Positions 1-11,232 of a stretch of DNA of 64,000 nucleotides are shown here, piece by piece. How positions within the stretch are numbered: the first letter of the stretch is position 1; every line of letters starts with the position of its first letter. The notes under the pieces were generated by a model that worked only from the letters and a program-made list of their open reading frames with translations, searched no databases and was not told the origin of the DNA. The stretch covers positions 32,001 through 96,000 of the forward strand of contig CAWBAT010000003.1 of assembly GCA_963786955.1 (NCBI GenBank), given 5' to 3'. Source of the DNA: an uncultured Acidimicrobiia bacterium. GTDB taxonomy: Bacteria > Acidobacteriota > Terriglobia > Versatilivoradales > Versatilivoraceae. The position numbers were made by a program, and so were the translations under genes.

Positions 1-133
1 CAAGGTAGACTGCCCTTCATGAGTCCTTCAAATGCCTACAGTTACAGGGCCAATTGTCCGATAGGACAAAATGTAGGAAGCAGTATTCCTGCAGAGGATT
101 GTCGCTCCTCGCCGACTAAACACATTTGATTCA

Positions 134-2213
134 ATGAAAACAACGACCGCCGTGAAGTTACAAACCATCCTGGCTATTGATGATGATCCCAACATTCTCC
201 AGATTACCGAGATTATACTGGGAAAAGAGGGGTATCCGGTCGAAATCGCCGAGTCAGGAAGGAGGCGATTGAAGCACTTAGGCAAAAAAGAATAGATCTG
301 ATCCTGCTAGATGTCATGCTCCCTGATACAGACGGCTATTCCCTTTGTCAGAACATCAAGGGATCCAACGAAACCCGGGATATCCCCATCATCCTGCTAA
401 CAGGCTTGGATTCAGTCGAAAACAAAGTTCGCGGATTAGATGTCGGGGCCAGCGACTATTTGGTCAAGCCGTTTCTGCATAAGGAATTGCTTGCCAGGAT
501 CCGCGCGCATATTCGGCATCGTGAAGTGACCGAAGAGATCAAGAGCCAATATTCTTCGGAGCTTAAAAGAGTTCGCGAAGTCAGCATTCTGAACCGGCTC
601 ATCACGGAATTTAACAGAAGCCTGGATCAATCTGAATTATTGAATCATGCCGCGAAAGTCATTAGTACAGAACTCAACTTTGAGGGATGTGTTATTGCGC
701 TCTGGAATCAGCAGGAGCAGCTGTTTCATTCCCAGAGCAAGTTATCACCCTCGGAAGCAATGTGTGATCGATGCCCCCGAATATAAGACTCAGAAAACTT
801 TAATGGGCCGGGTGGCAAAGTCCCTTGAGCCCCGAATCCTTCCCGATAATGAAACGGACCCCCAAAGCCTGAAATTCTTTCCGGATACACAGTCAGAAAT
901 GGCGGTTCCTTTGCTTCATCTAGATCAACTACTGGGGGTGCTGAGCGTCGAGAGTCAGCTCCCGAATGCTTATACAGATTCCCATTTAGAGCTGCTGAGT
1001 ACCGTCGCCGGCAACCTCGCACTGGCGCTTAAAAATGCGGAGCTCTATTCATCTGCTAAGCTGCATTCAGAGTCATTGCAGTCCATGGTCGAGCAGAGAA
1101 CTCGAGAACTTGGCCAGCAAAAAAGATTTATCGAATGCATCATTGACTCTTTACCTATCGGCTTATACGTCATTGACCGCAACTATGGAGTCGTGACCTG
1201 GAACAAGAAAAGAGAAACGGGGATTTTTGGGATTTCCAGAGATCGCGTGATTGGGAAGGATATTCGGTCTGTGTTTCTCCCGGATGTCCGCTGAGAAGTT
1301 AAAGGGTGAGTTTGAATCGGTATTTACTTCGGGTGTGCCGTTCGAGACGGAAGCTATTTCCTGGTCATCCGGCGAGAAAAATATTACCATCTGCGGAAGA
1401 TTCCCATGTCGTCGAAGGCGAAGATGTGACACACGTGATCACTCTGGCTGAAGACATCAGCGAGCGCAAGAAACTTGAAGAGTCCCTGGCAACAAACGAA
1501 AAATTGGCGAGCATCGGAAAGCTTGCAGCGGGTATTGCACATGAAATCAACAACCCTCTCGCAGCCATTTCGGGATGTGTGGAAGGACTATTGTTACGTT
1601 CGAAGGATACAACTCTTCTTCAGTTGCCCACATTTGAAGATTTCCCGGATTACTTGCGCATTGTTGATGATGAAATTAGCCGTTGTAAAGGGATTATCAA
1701 CAATCTTCTTGATTTTAGCCGCAGCCGGGGAATTCTGCAGGAAGAGATCCGGATTAATGAAACTCTTGAACAGACACTCCAGCTCTTGAGCCACCATAAG
1801 GAGTTCAAGAAGATTAGAGTCTGATGAAGTTGGGAGCCGATTGTCCGGGGGTGGTTGGAAACAGCGGAGAAATGAGGCAAGTTTTCCTGGCCATGGCTAT
1901 TAATGCAATGGACGCTATGAATGAATCTGGAACTTTGACTGTGCACACAGGGAGGGAAATCCGAAATGGCCAGAATTTCGCCTGGATTCAATTTCAAGAT
2001 ACGGGAATCGGTATTCCCCAAGAAAATATTAACAAGATTTTTGATCCCTTTTTCACTACAAAGCCGATTGGAAAAGGAACAGGGTTGGGTTTGTCAATTT
2101 GCTACGGTATTGTCAGGAGTCACGATGGATTCATCAAGGTGGAATCGGAAGTAGGGAAAGGAAGCACATTTCACATTTATGTGCCCGGAAAAGATCCGAC
2201 AAGAGCACATTAG
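134..2213 (+). CDS. Hybrid sensor histidine kinase (REC-GAF-PAS-HisKA-HATPase), split by several frameshifts
   Basis: ATG at 134 gives ILAIDDDPNI (REC). It continues through LILLDVMLP...DYLVKPF (ORF 316), a GAF segment SEMAVPLLHLDQLLGVLSVES and PAS IIDSLPIGLYVID (ORF 647), the H-box LAAGIAHEINNPL (ORF 1306), and the N/G boxes DTGIGI and PFFTTKPIGKGTGLGL (ORF 1824). Confidence 0.85.
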
Positions 2214-2336
2214 TCTGGATTCTTGCTCGTTCGCTTCTAAACCGGCAAGGGAATTCAAGGGACACAGCGCATGGCCGCGATTGAGCCCCGGCGTTCGCAC
2301 TAATTCGGAGATGAGACCTGGAGGAGGAATCTACCC

Positions 2337-3713
2337 ATGAATAATGGAAAGCGAATCAAGTTGTTGATCGCCGACGATGAAAAGAATTTCAGCTTGATTC
2401 TTCAAAAAGAGCTTTCCCGGAAGGAGTATGACGTTTCGGTTGCCAATGACGGAAAAAGCGCCGTTGAATTTGCAGAGAAGGTAGACTACGACGTCATCGT
2501 AATGGACATCATGATGCCGAATTTAGATGGGATTCAAGCGCTAAAAATTCTGAAGCAAGCTGAGCCCTCACCGGAAGTCATCATGTTAACGGGGAATGCA
2601 TCGGTTGAAACGGCCATTGAAGCCATGAAGGCTGGCGCTTATGACTACCTCACAAAACCCTGTAAAATCGAAGAATTGGACATTTTGATCCGCAAGGCCT
2701 ACGAGCGAAGGGCCCTGCAGAAAGAAAATTTATTCATGCAGGTCCGATTGAACCGCAAAGAAGCGACACACCAGCTGGTTACCAATAACCGGAAGATGAA
2801 AGAATTACTCTCGCTTGTGGAGCGTGCCGCTCAATCGGAATCGAGCGTATTGATTCAAGGTGAGAGTGGTGTGGGGAAGGAATTGATAGCACAATCGATC
2901 CACCGCTTTTCTTCTCGGTATGGACAGCCGTTCATAGATATCAATTGTGGTGCGATTCAAGACACCCTATTGGAGAGCGAAATGTTTGGCTATGAGAAGG
3001 GTGCGTTTACTAATGCCGATTCCTCCAAACCGGGGCTCTTTGAGCTCGCGGATCACGGTACCCTTTTTCTTGATGAGATTGGTGAATTGAGCCCGCGCCT
3101 CCAAGTGAAACTGTTGCGGGTTCTAGAGACTCGTACGTTTTTTCGCGTCGGCGGCGTGAAACAGGTGAAGGTAGACATTCGGCTGGTAGCGGCGACCAAC
3201 AAGACTCTACAGGAGGAAGTTCAAGAGAATCGATTCCGACAGGATTTGCTCTATCGCATCAATACGGTTACCGTCGAAATCCCTCCATTGCGGGAGAGAA
3301 AGGACGATGTTCCAATCCTTGTGGAACACTTCGTGAAGAACTTGGCCAGCAAAACCCCATTGTCTGTATCTTCAGAGGCAATGGAACTGATGTCGGAATA
3401 CTCTTGGCCTGGAAATGTGAGAGAGTTGAGAAACGTCATTGAACGCGCCCTGGTTTTAACTCCCGCTGGAGAAATCACCAAAGACTGTTTGCCACTCGAA
3501 ATCTATAATCGGAAAAAGACCGTGGTCCCTGTCTCGCCAAGCGAGAAAACGGCTGTGAGTTCCACGTTGAGTTTGGCGGAAATGGAGAAGGAGCAAATTA
3601 TCGCCATCTTGAACAAGGTGAACTGGCATCGCGGTAAGGCTGCTATCCTTCTTGGGATTACGCCCAAGACCCTGTACCGAAAGTTACGCTCCTACAATCT
3701 CCAAACCGATTGA
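2337..3713 (+). CDS. Sigma-54-dependent response regulator, NtrC/AtoC family
   Basis: REC domain, Walker A GESGVGKE, GAFTNA motif, LFLDEIGE, WPGNVREL and a C-terminal Fis HTH. Good RBS (ggagga). Confidence 0.95.
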   Translation: MNNGKRIKLLIADDEKNFSLILQKELSRKEYDVSVANDGKSAVEFAEKVDYDVIVMDIMMPNLDGIQALKILKQAEPSPEVIMLTGNASVETAIEAMKAGAYDYLTKPCKIEELDILIRKAYERRALQKENLFMQVRLNRKEATHQLVTNNRKMKELLSLVERAAQSESSVLIQGESGVGKELIAQSIHRFSSRYGQPFIDINCGAIQDTLLESEMFGYEKGAFTNADSSKPGLFELADHGTLFLDEIGELSPRLQVKLLRVLETRTFFRVGGVKQVKVDIRLVAATNKTLQEEVQENRFRQDLLYRINTVTVEIPPLRERKDDVPILVEHFVKNLASKTPLSVSSEAMELMSEYSWPGNVRELRNVIERALVLTPAGEITKDCLPLEIYNRKKTVVPVSPSEKTAVSSTLSLAEMEKEQIIAILNKVNWHRGKAAILLGITPKTLYRKLRSYNLQTD

Positions 3714-4091
3714 ACAGCAGGAAGGTTCCTTCCAGTGGATACATCCCGAATTTAATAAAGATCTTTGCTGCCGCTTGGACTGCCAAAACCTCAAGATAGG
3801 CCCCCAACTGTGATTAGCCGATGAGGGGTCGTTGATTAGGATTTTGCGAAGTGATGCTTGCGTTCTATAGCGCTATCTAGGGGTGGTCATGTGTACTTGC
3901 AAACCATCTACCATTTATGAAAGAGGAAAGGGGAACTTTGGTGTATCCTGAAATCTTTAATCTTGTGTCAGTCGAAGTTCCCTAAAGTTATTAATAATTT
4001 CCCTAGAATCGCTGGTATTCTCCTCGGAGGAATATCAAAGGTTGATAGAAGGGACTCTCTTCTGAATATTTACTAGAAGGGTTAGTGACTC

Positions 4092-6146
4092 ATGAGAAAG
4101 ATATTTGGCTTCACTGGCATCTTGGTATGTTGCCTCCTCATATCGTGCCGGCCGCCCAAAGATCATACGAAACTTGCCGAAGGTGAGAGCCAGCGTTATG
4201 TCCAGTTGCTGGAAAGAATCGAATCTGCCGGCAATCAGTACCGGCAAGCTATTGATTTGTTTAGGTATGCAGATTCAACCCTCGAGCGGAGTTTGGCAGA
4301 AAGCCATTTGGACCTCTCGCGTCAATTTCTGGAAACTCAGTTTCAGGTTGCCGAAATCGAGTTGAAGGCCTTAGCGCTGAGGGAGTCTGATCCTTTTGCG
4401 GCGAAGACTGCTTCAAGTAAATCGTCCGATGACGTTCAGTACGAAAAAATAGTTGAAGAAGTCTGGACACTTTCAGCAGAACTGGATGGGGCGAAGGCCC
4501 ATTTTCAGAAAACTCACGAAAATCTCAAGAAGGCGTCTACCCCAGACAGCTTTCGAAGGGCCCAAATTGCTCTCGATCTGTCTCAAAAAGAGGTCATGAT
4601 TGCCGATAGAAAGCTGGATCTTGCTGGCTCGAACTTAGACATCCACGATTACCAACGCAAAAAAAATGCCTCAAAGAGTCTGCAGTCGTTTTCGCTGGCT
4701 GATCGTATAAAACTCCTAAAAGAAGAGCTGCTTACCTCTCCAAGTAAAGTTGCTGTTTTCGCGGGCCAACTAAACAAGGGAGCGGAACTTCATTTAGCAC
4801 AGCCATCCCAAGACACCCACCCCAGAGGACTCTTAGTGAATATTCAAGATTACCTGGATCGTAGTCGTAAACTTGAAATCCTCGAAAGGGCCAAAAAGAA
4901 AACCTTGGAGATGCAACAAGCTGTCCGTTTGACTTTAGAAGAACATTTGCGGGAATTTGAAAAGCTGCAACTGGAACACTTGGAACTCAATCAAAAAACC
5001 ACCTCGATCTACAACCAAGCTTACAATCTGGTAAAAAATGGTGGGAAACAAGACGAGGTCAAAGGGCTTTTTGATACCGCAGAACAGCAGTTGAGTTTGT
5101 CCGCTCGTCTCGATGAACAAAAGGAGCTAGCAAAAAAAACCATCACCCTGGTTCGAAATCAAGATTTGCTCATCCAGGAGGATAGCGAAAAAATTATCGA
5201 CTGGGCGACAATGGCGTCGGAGGATCGCAAAGAGTCACTTTATCGCGTTGCCAATCGTGCCGGGATTGTGCTGATGTTGATCATCCTAGTCCTGTTGATT
5301 TCCTTTTATCTGAAGCGTTTGCCTTACCGGTTCATGCAGGAAGGGAAAAATGCTTTCTATTTTCGCAAGTTGATTAGTTTCTGTTCCGCACTTGCGATTG
5401 GGGCCATGATTCTGATCAATTTTATTAGCGATTTTGGGAGCGTATCGGCCGTAATCGGTTTAGCCGGAGCCGGCCTTGCGATTGCATTACAGGATCCCAT
5501 AGTCAGTCTGGCTGGTTGGTTCCTGATCGTTGGGAAGTTTGGAATTAGCGTAGGGGATCGAATCGAAATAAGCCATGTCAAAGGAGATGTTATTGATATT
5601 GGATTGTTCCGTCTTGCCATACTGGAAGTCGGGAATTGGGTAGGCGCTGAGCAGTCGACGGGACGTGTCGTCTTTTTTCCCAACAGCTTCATTCTTAAAA
5701 ATCACTATTACAATTATTCAACTGGGAATTCGTTCATTTGGGATGAGATTAAAGTCACCCTGACTTCTGAAAGTGATTGGGAGAAAGCCAAGCAAATTGT
5801 AGAGAACATTGCCTTTCAAGTTTCACAAGAGTTTATTGAAGAGGCCAAGGGGCAATCCGATGAGATTGCCCGGCGCTTTCATATCAATCTGGGTACCCTC
5901 ACCCCTATCGTATATGTTTCCATTGGAGAACGAGGTGTTGACTTGCTGCTTCGCTATTTGACTGCCATTCGAAAACGGCGAATGACTAACGATCAAATCA
6001 GTCGCGAAATTTTGGCTGCATTTGAAGGGGATCCCCGATTGGTTTTGGCTTACCCAGCGCGTGGAATAAGCTCGGATTCCAGAACTATTCCCGAAAGAAA
6101 CCCATCCAACAGGGAACCGGAGCCCCATTTGCCAGGGAAGATCTAG
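4092..6146 (+). CDS. MscS-family mechanosensitive channel with long N-terminal coiled-coil domain
   Basis: C-terminal GLAGAGLAIALQD, VGDRIEISHVKGDVIDIG and TGRVVFFPNS motifs. N-terminal signal with possible lipobox (LLISC). Confidence 0.88.
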   Translation: MRKIFGFTGILVCCLLISCRPPKDHTKLAEGESQRYVQLLERIESAGNQYRQAIDLFRYADSTLERSLAESHLDLSRQFLETQFQVAEIELKALALRESDPFAAKTASSKSSDDVQYEKIVEEVWTLSAELDGAKAHFQKTHENLKKASTPDSFRRAQIALDLSQKEVMIADRKLDLAGSNLDIHDYQRKKNASKSLQSFSLADRIKLLKEELLTSPSKVAVFAGQLNKGAELHLAQPSQDTHPRGLLVNIQDYLDRSRKLEILERAKKKTLEMQQAVRLTLEEHLREFEKLQLEHLELNQKTTSIYNQAYNLVKNGGKQDEVKGLFDTAEQQLSLSARLDEQKELAKKTITLVRNQDLLIQEDSEKIIDWATMASEDRKESLYRVANRAGIVLMLIILVLLISFYLKRLPYRFMQEGKNAFYFRKLISFCSALAIGAMILINFISDFGSVSAVIGLAGAGLAIALQDPIVSLAGWFLIVGKFGISVGDRIEISHVKGDVIDIGLFRLAILEVGNWVGAEQSTGRVVFFPNSFILKNHYYNYSTGNSFIWDEIKVTLTSESDWEKAKQIVENIAFQVSQEFIEEAKGQSDEIARRFHINLGTLTPIVYVSIGERGVDLLLRYLTAIRKRRMTNDQISREILAAFEGDPRLVLAYPARGISSDSRTIPERNPSNREPEPHLPGKI

Positions 6147-6153
6147 ATAGATT

Positions 6154-7185
6154 ATGAAACTCCTGAAGGAACCCAACTCTGAAATGAAGGGCGGCAACAC
6201 ACCGACTGTGGACCATACTCTTGAAATCCCGGTTCGAAGAAGAAGTCGACTTTTGCAAGGGTTCCGCTGGCTGATCTTTCTTGCTGTTTTCTCAGCGATC
6301 GCCCATAGGATTTGGGTTGAAAAAGGAAAGATCGCGAGCTATCCTTTGGCCCTTCATTTCGGCTGGATCTCGCTGAGTATGGCTTGCTACTGTGCAGCCA
6401 TGGCTGGATGCGCGATCTTCTGGTGGCTGGCATTACGTGACTTTGGAGGATCTCCGTCCCTCATCAATACTGCTTACGCCTATTTTGTAGGACACCTCGG
6501 AAAATATGTTCCAGGGAAAGGATTAGTCATTGTCATTCGAACGCTCCTCATCCGAGGGCCTGGAATTGGAGCATCGAGTGCTGCGTTCACCTCGATTTTG
6601 GAGACATTTTTCTTGATGGCCGTGGGGTCGCTACTCTGCCTTCCCGTCTTCATCTGGGCTCCTTTGCCATATCGTTGGATCCTTTCCTGTTCTAGTCTTA
6701 TCTTTGCGCTCTCATTTGGGGTAATTATCGTCCCCCCGGTCACAGTCAGGACGCGAGCCTGGTTAGCGGGAATATTTCCCGCCTTTGAAAGTAACGCGGT
6801 CTGCGGTTGGAAGACCATGGAAAAGGGTTTTCTGTTCATGTTGTCAGCCTGGGTCTTATGCGGCTTGAGCTTACTTTTGGTATTCAAGGCCATAGGCGGG
6901 ATGGGCCTTCTCTACGACAAAATGGGTTTCCTCGCACTGTGGGCCATCATGACCGCCTCCGTCGCGTTTGCAACGATAGCCGGATTTGTGAGCATGATGC
7001 CTGGTGGTCTTGGTACACGGGAATGGGTACTGATTGAAACATTAGGACCGATTGTGGGGACGCCTCAAGTAATGCTTGCCGCCGGAATCTTGCGATTGCA
7101 GTGGGTTGTAACAGAGTTGCTTGCCGGTGGCGTTCTGTGGTATCTCGATCGACAATGGACTCAATCCAGAAGACATCCCAATTGA
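6154..7185 (+). CDS. Lysylphosphatidylglycerol-synthase-TM / UPF0104 flippase-like membrane protein
   Basis: Multiple TM helices, HLGKYVPGK and PGGLGTRE motifs. Confidence 0.8.
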   Translation: MKLLKEPNSEMKGGNTPTVDHTLEIPVRRRSRLLQGFRWLIFLAVFSAIAHRIWVEKGKIASYPLALHFGWISLSMACYCAAMAGCAIFWWLALRDFGGSPSLINTAYAYFVGHLGKYVPGKGLVIVIRTLLIRGPGIGASSAAFTSILETFFLMAVGSLLCLPVFIWAPLPYRWILSCSSLIFALSFGVIIVPPVTVRTRAWLAGIFPAFESNAVCGWKTMEKGFLFMLSAWVLCGLSLLLVFKAIGGMGLLYDKMGFLALWAIMTASVAFATIAGFVSMMPGGLGTREWVLIETLGPIVGTPQVMLAAGILRLQWVVTELLAGGVLWYLDRQWTQSRRHPN

Positions 7186-8150
7186 TCAGCGTTGTGATTC
7201 CAGTGTTCAATGAGGCGGACAGCCTTGAGGAGCTTTCGGGCCATATCATGAGTGTGGCTGAATCCAATCGATTTCAGATGGAAGTCTTTATTGTGGATGA
7301 TGGTAGCGACGACTCCACCTGGGAAGTAATCTGTGCTTTGGCAAGGCAAAATCCATGTGTCCATGGAATTCGCTTGCGCCGGAACTTTGGAAAAGCCTCA
7401 GCCCTAGCAGCCGGGTTTAAAACTGCCTCAGGGAATATAGTCGTTCAAATGGACGGAGATCTCCAAGACGATCCTGCCGAGATTCCCAATCTTTTGAAAG
7501 CTCTCAATGAAGGAGCAGATGTTGTTAACGGATGGAAAAAACATCGGAAAGATCCTTGGCACAAGACTTTTCCCAGCCGCATTTTTAACTGGATACTAGG
7601 TTGTGTATCGGGACTTAAACTCCATGATCACAATTGTGGTCTCAAGTGTTTTCGCAAGGAAGCACTTCAACAAATCCCTCTTTACGGCGAGCGCCATCGC
7701 TTCATTCCGATTCTTGCCCATGCCAAAGGTTACCGGGTTGCCGAAATGGAGGTCCGTCACCACCCACGCCGTCACGGCAAATCAAAGTATGGAGCGCTGC
7801 GCTTCGTCAAAGGTACCCTAGATCTAATCACCATGACCTTCTTGGCGGGTTTCACGCAAACCCCGTTTCACCTCCTCGGGGGAATCGGGTTGCTGGCCTT
7901 CATCTTTGGAGCTTCCGGACTCAGTTACCTTGCGATTTGCTGGGGCCTGGCACAACAAGGGGTCGAAGGTTATGGTCCGATTGGGCATCGTCCGCTCTTA
8001 ATCTACTCTGCTGCCTCCCTGGTTCTGGGAGTTCAAATGTTGGGTATAGGCTTCTTAGCTGAATTGATGATATCGATAAATTTTCGCGACCAACCTCAAT
8101 ATTCCATTGCAGAGACAACGAGAGTCGAAGTTGAAACAGGGAAACAATGA
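7155..8150 (+). CDS. GT2 polyprenol-phosphate glycosyltransferase (ArnC/GtrB-like)
   Basis: ISVVIPVFNE, VDDGSDD, RNFGKASAL, MDGDLQDDP, HDHNCGLK, and two C-terminal TM helices. Start set at ATG 7155. Confidence 0.92.
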   Translation: MDSIQKTSQLISVVIPVFNEADSLEELSGHIMSVAESNRFQMEVFIVDDGSDDSTWEVICALARQNPCVHGIRLRRNFGKASALAAGFKTASGNIVVQMDGDLQDDPAEIPNLLKALNEGADVVNGWKKHRKDPWHKTFPSRIFNWILGCVSGLKLHDHNCGLKCFRKEALQQIPLYGERHRFIPILAHAKGYRVAEMEVRHHPRRHGKSKYGALRFVKGTLDLITMTFLAGFTQTPFHLLGGIGLLAFIFGASGLSYLAICWGLAQQGVEGYGPIGHRPLLIYSAASLVLGVQMLGIGFLAELMISINFRDQPQYSIAETTRVEVETGKQ

Positions 8151-9538
8151 ACGGGTTACGAGACAACCTTGCAAGTGCCAAAGGAATTTCAGAACGGAGG
8201 CAATTGGATTCCTTGATCATTTGCCTCACAACCGGAATCGTTCTCGGCCTGATTTTCTTGGCAAGAGGTAACACGTTGCCGATGCATAGTGTGAACGATT
8301 TGTCTCGCTGGGCAACGGTATATAGCCTGGCTGAACGAGGCACGTACCAGATCGATACGACGCCCTGGCCCCCCAGTATCGACAGGGTCCAAATTGATGG
8401 GCATTCGTATTCCACGAAACCTCCGTTGTTGCCGACTCTTTTGGCAGCAGAATACCTTTTATTCAAGAAATTGAGTCTGGGGCATCTCAGTTTTCAGAAC
8501 AGCCCTGAAGCCGTCATTCGGGTGATTGTCGCAACTGTTAATCTCCTCCCTTTGGTTGCGTTCCTTTTCTTTTACTCACGTTACCTGGAGGACCAAAACT
8601 TATCACTTTGGGCGCACTTCTTCTCTATGTGTTCAGCGGCATTAGGGACCTATCTGACGGCGTTTAGTATCACACTTAATAATCACACGATCGCAGCTTT
8701 CAGTGCTTCATTTTCGCTTTATGGCTTGTACCGAATATGGGTACTGGGTGAGAGAAAGGCAATCCTGTTTATATTGGCAGGGTTTTTTGCGGGGTTCACC
8801 GCGGTCAATGAATTCCCTGCCGATTTCATTCCTAGTGTTAATAACCGCCGGGTTATTATGGAAGGTTCCGGTACCTACGCTGCGCATATTTGTCCCACTC
8901 GCATTATTACCGGTTAGTGCTCATTTTCTTACCAATTATGCCTCTACCGGGAGTCTCAAACCTGCGTACTCAGACAAGAGCGCCTACGAATTCCCGGGCT
9001 CATACTGGAAGATTGACCCGCAATCGGGCCGTCTGGTGGGGAGTCGTGTCGATTCATTAACAGGCAGAGTAGTTCTGGAAAATCCGACGATGATCGACAA
9101 CCAATATGAACCATGGCCCGTATACCTGTTTCACATGCTCATTGGGCACCACGGAATTATTACCCTATCCCCTATTTTCCTATTTAGTTTTCTGGGTATC
9201 TTTCATCTGTCTTCGGGCCGGGAACACCCAAGCGGGATTTCGCATTCATGAGCCTTTTCTTAACATCATTAATGCTGGTTTTTTATACTTTCTTTGCGGG
9301 TCAGAGGAATTATGGAGGGATGTGCAATGGATTACGCTGGCTTTTCTGGCTGATTCCGTTTTGGCTTTTTTTTCTCCCTGTGGGACTTAGCGAAGGTGAA
9401 AATCAACGTTGGTTCCGGGCGGCTGCACTTCTATGTTTGTTGATCTCAGCGGTCTCGGTTTTTTACGCAACCAGAAATCCCTGGACGCGACCTTGGCTGC
9501 ACGAATGGCTATTTTATGAGGGTTGGATTAAATATTGA
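8147..9538 (+). CDS. Polytopic membrane protein, possible GT-C-fold transferase; two frameshifts
   Basis: ORFs 8147, 8703 and 9248 join into one protein of about 460 aa with many TM helices. Luminal motifs NDLSRWATV and YSTKPP, and C-terminal NYGG..GLRWL. Confidence 0.6.
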
Positions 9539-9846
9539 GGCGGATGCCTCCAGATCCCGAATTCGTCATCTAGAACTAACTAGTTTCTCCATTTGGTCAT
9601 TTGGGGGATTAACTCGCTTATTAGGAACTCGACTTTAGCAACGCGCTTGATTGAAGCGAATGACACAGTGTGTGAGAATAGGGACTATCTTGAAGATGTT
9701 TGAGTGCGGTTCCTAAAATTCGCCACGGGGCTGTGAAGTTCAGAAAATGTTCCGTCGATAGCGGAAATACCCCCACGGCTGAGCCCTGTCAAAATTGTTT
9801 ACGTCTCTGCGACCCACTTCTTGGTTTTCTCTGGAACGGAGGATAA

Positions 9847-10959
9847 ATGAGTATCATTGGAGATCTTCAAGACATACCTCTTGCTGATCTCATACAGCTT
9901 TTGGCGAATAGCCAGAGAACAGGTATTCTTTATATCAATACGAATGAGGGGCGCAGTGCCATTGTATTTAAGAATGGATTTGTCGTTTCCGCTTCCAAGC
10001 CGAACTTGGAAAACCGCTTGGGGCAACTGCTCCGAAAGCAGAATGACATTTCCGACCTGGACTTAGAAATGTGCTTGAAGGAACAATCTCAATCTCGACG
10101 CCCTCTTGGGGAAATTCTGCTCGATCGATTATTAGTAACCCCAGACCAATTGAGGGGCATCATGCGACAACAGGTTGTAGAAACGGTCAATGAGATCGTA
10201 AACCAGGTTCAAGGAAGCTTCAGTTTCCATTCAGAAGCCAACCTCCCATCCGACTTGGTCAATTTTGACACCCAGCACCTATTGCTCGATGTGGCCTACC
10301 TTCAAGATACGTACGGGAAGAGTTACTCCGCACGCGCCGAAGAATTTTTTTCCCCCCAACATTTAATTAGTGAGATCGAAGAAGAAACCTGGGCGAATTC
10401 AGAGAGGCCGCAGGAATATTCTAGCTATCCAGCACTAAGGCTTCTGAGGGAGTTGTCTGGAGAATTGGCGAGACCTCGCGAGTCAACGGAAGTCTCACTT
10501 CTTGTCTTGAGATTGGCGGCTGAGTTCTTTGATCGATGTATCTTTTTCGTGGTGTCCAATGACTATTTTGTTGCCTGTGGAGGGTTTGGGTTCCCTTTTA
10601 AAATGGAACAAGGGCACATCGTCCAGCCGAGAGTAGCAATCCCCGCGATATCCACTTCGATCTTAAAGATTGTCTATGAAGCAATGCAAGCTTATCGTGG
10701 TGAGTTACTCGATGGAGAATGGGGAAAGGAGCTCGTATTGAAACTTTCGGGGCGTCTTCCCCACGAGGTCATGGTTTTCCCAATTATCTGTCAGGGTAGA
10801 GTGATAGCTTTGGTGTACGGAGATAATGGGGAAAGCCAGCGACGCCTGGGTTCTCCTGAAATTCTTGAAATACTCTTGCTCCAGGCTGGAATGGCACTTG
10901 AGAACGGTATTTTAAGAGACCGTTTGCTACTGCTTACCCAGGTGCCGGCACCCTCGTAG
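9847..10959 (+). CDS. DUF4388 domain protein with C-terminal GAF-like domain
   Basis: N-terminal GDLQDIPLADLIQLLANSQRTGIL (DUF4388), RLGQLL/PLGEIL repeats, and GAF-like VFPIICQGRVIALVYGDN. Confidence 0.8.
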   Translation: MSIIGDLQDIPLADLIQLLANSQRTGILYINTNEGRSAIVFKNGFVVSASKPNLENRLGQLLRKQNDISDLDLEMCLKEQSQSRRPLGEILLDRLLVTPDQLRGIMRQQVVETVNEIVNQVQGSFSFHSEANLPSDLVNFDTQHLLLDVAYLQDTYGKSYSARAEEFFSPQHLISEIEEETWANSERPQEYSSYPALRLLRELSGELARPRESTEVSLLVLRLAAEFFDRCIFFVVSNDYFVACGGFGFPFKMEQGHIVQPRVAIPAISTSILKIVYEAMQAYRGELLDGEWGKELVLKLSGRLPHEVMVFPIICQGRVIALVYGDNGESQRRLGSPEILEILLLQAGMALENGILRDRLLLLTQVPAPS

Positions 10960-11232
10960 CGAACGGTCATTTTGTATGGGTAGGCGAGAAGTCAAAAGAA
11001 TGTCCCTTTTAGTCAAGGGAGAGCAGGAAAGGAAAAAACAATTCCATTTTCGGGTCACACCTTTTGAAAATCTTACCTTGTTTCTTCTAACCCTTTGAGA
11101 ATCAATCCGGCAAAATCAAATTTGGGTGCGTTTTTTTTGGACTGTTGATTGCACACATCTAAGCGGCTAGTTGCTAGAGGCTTGTCTTTCGAGTCATTTA
11201 GAGCTGTTCGCGCATGTTTAACGACTCCACTT

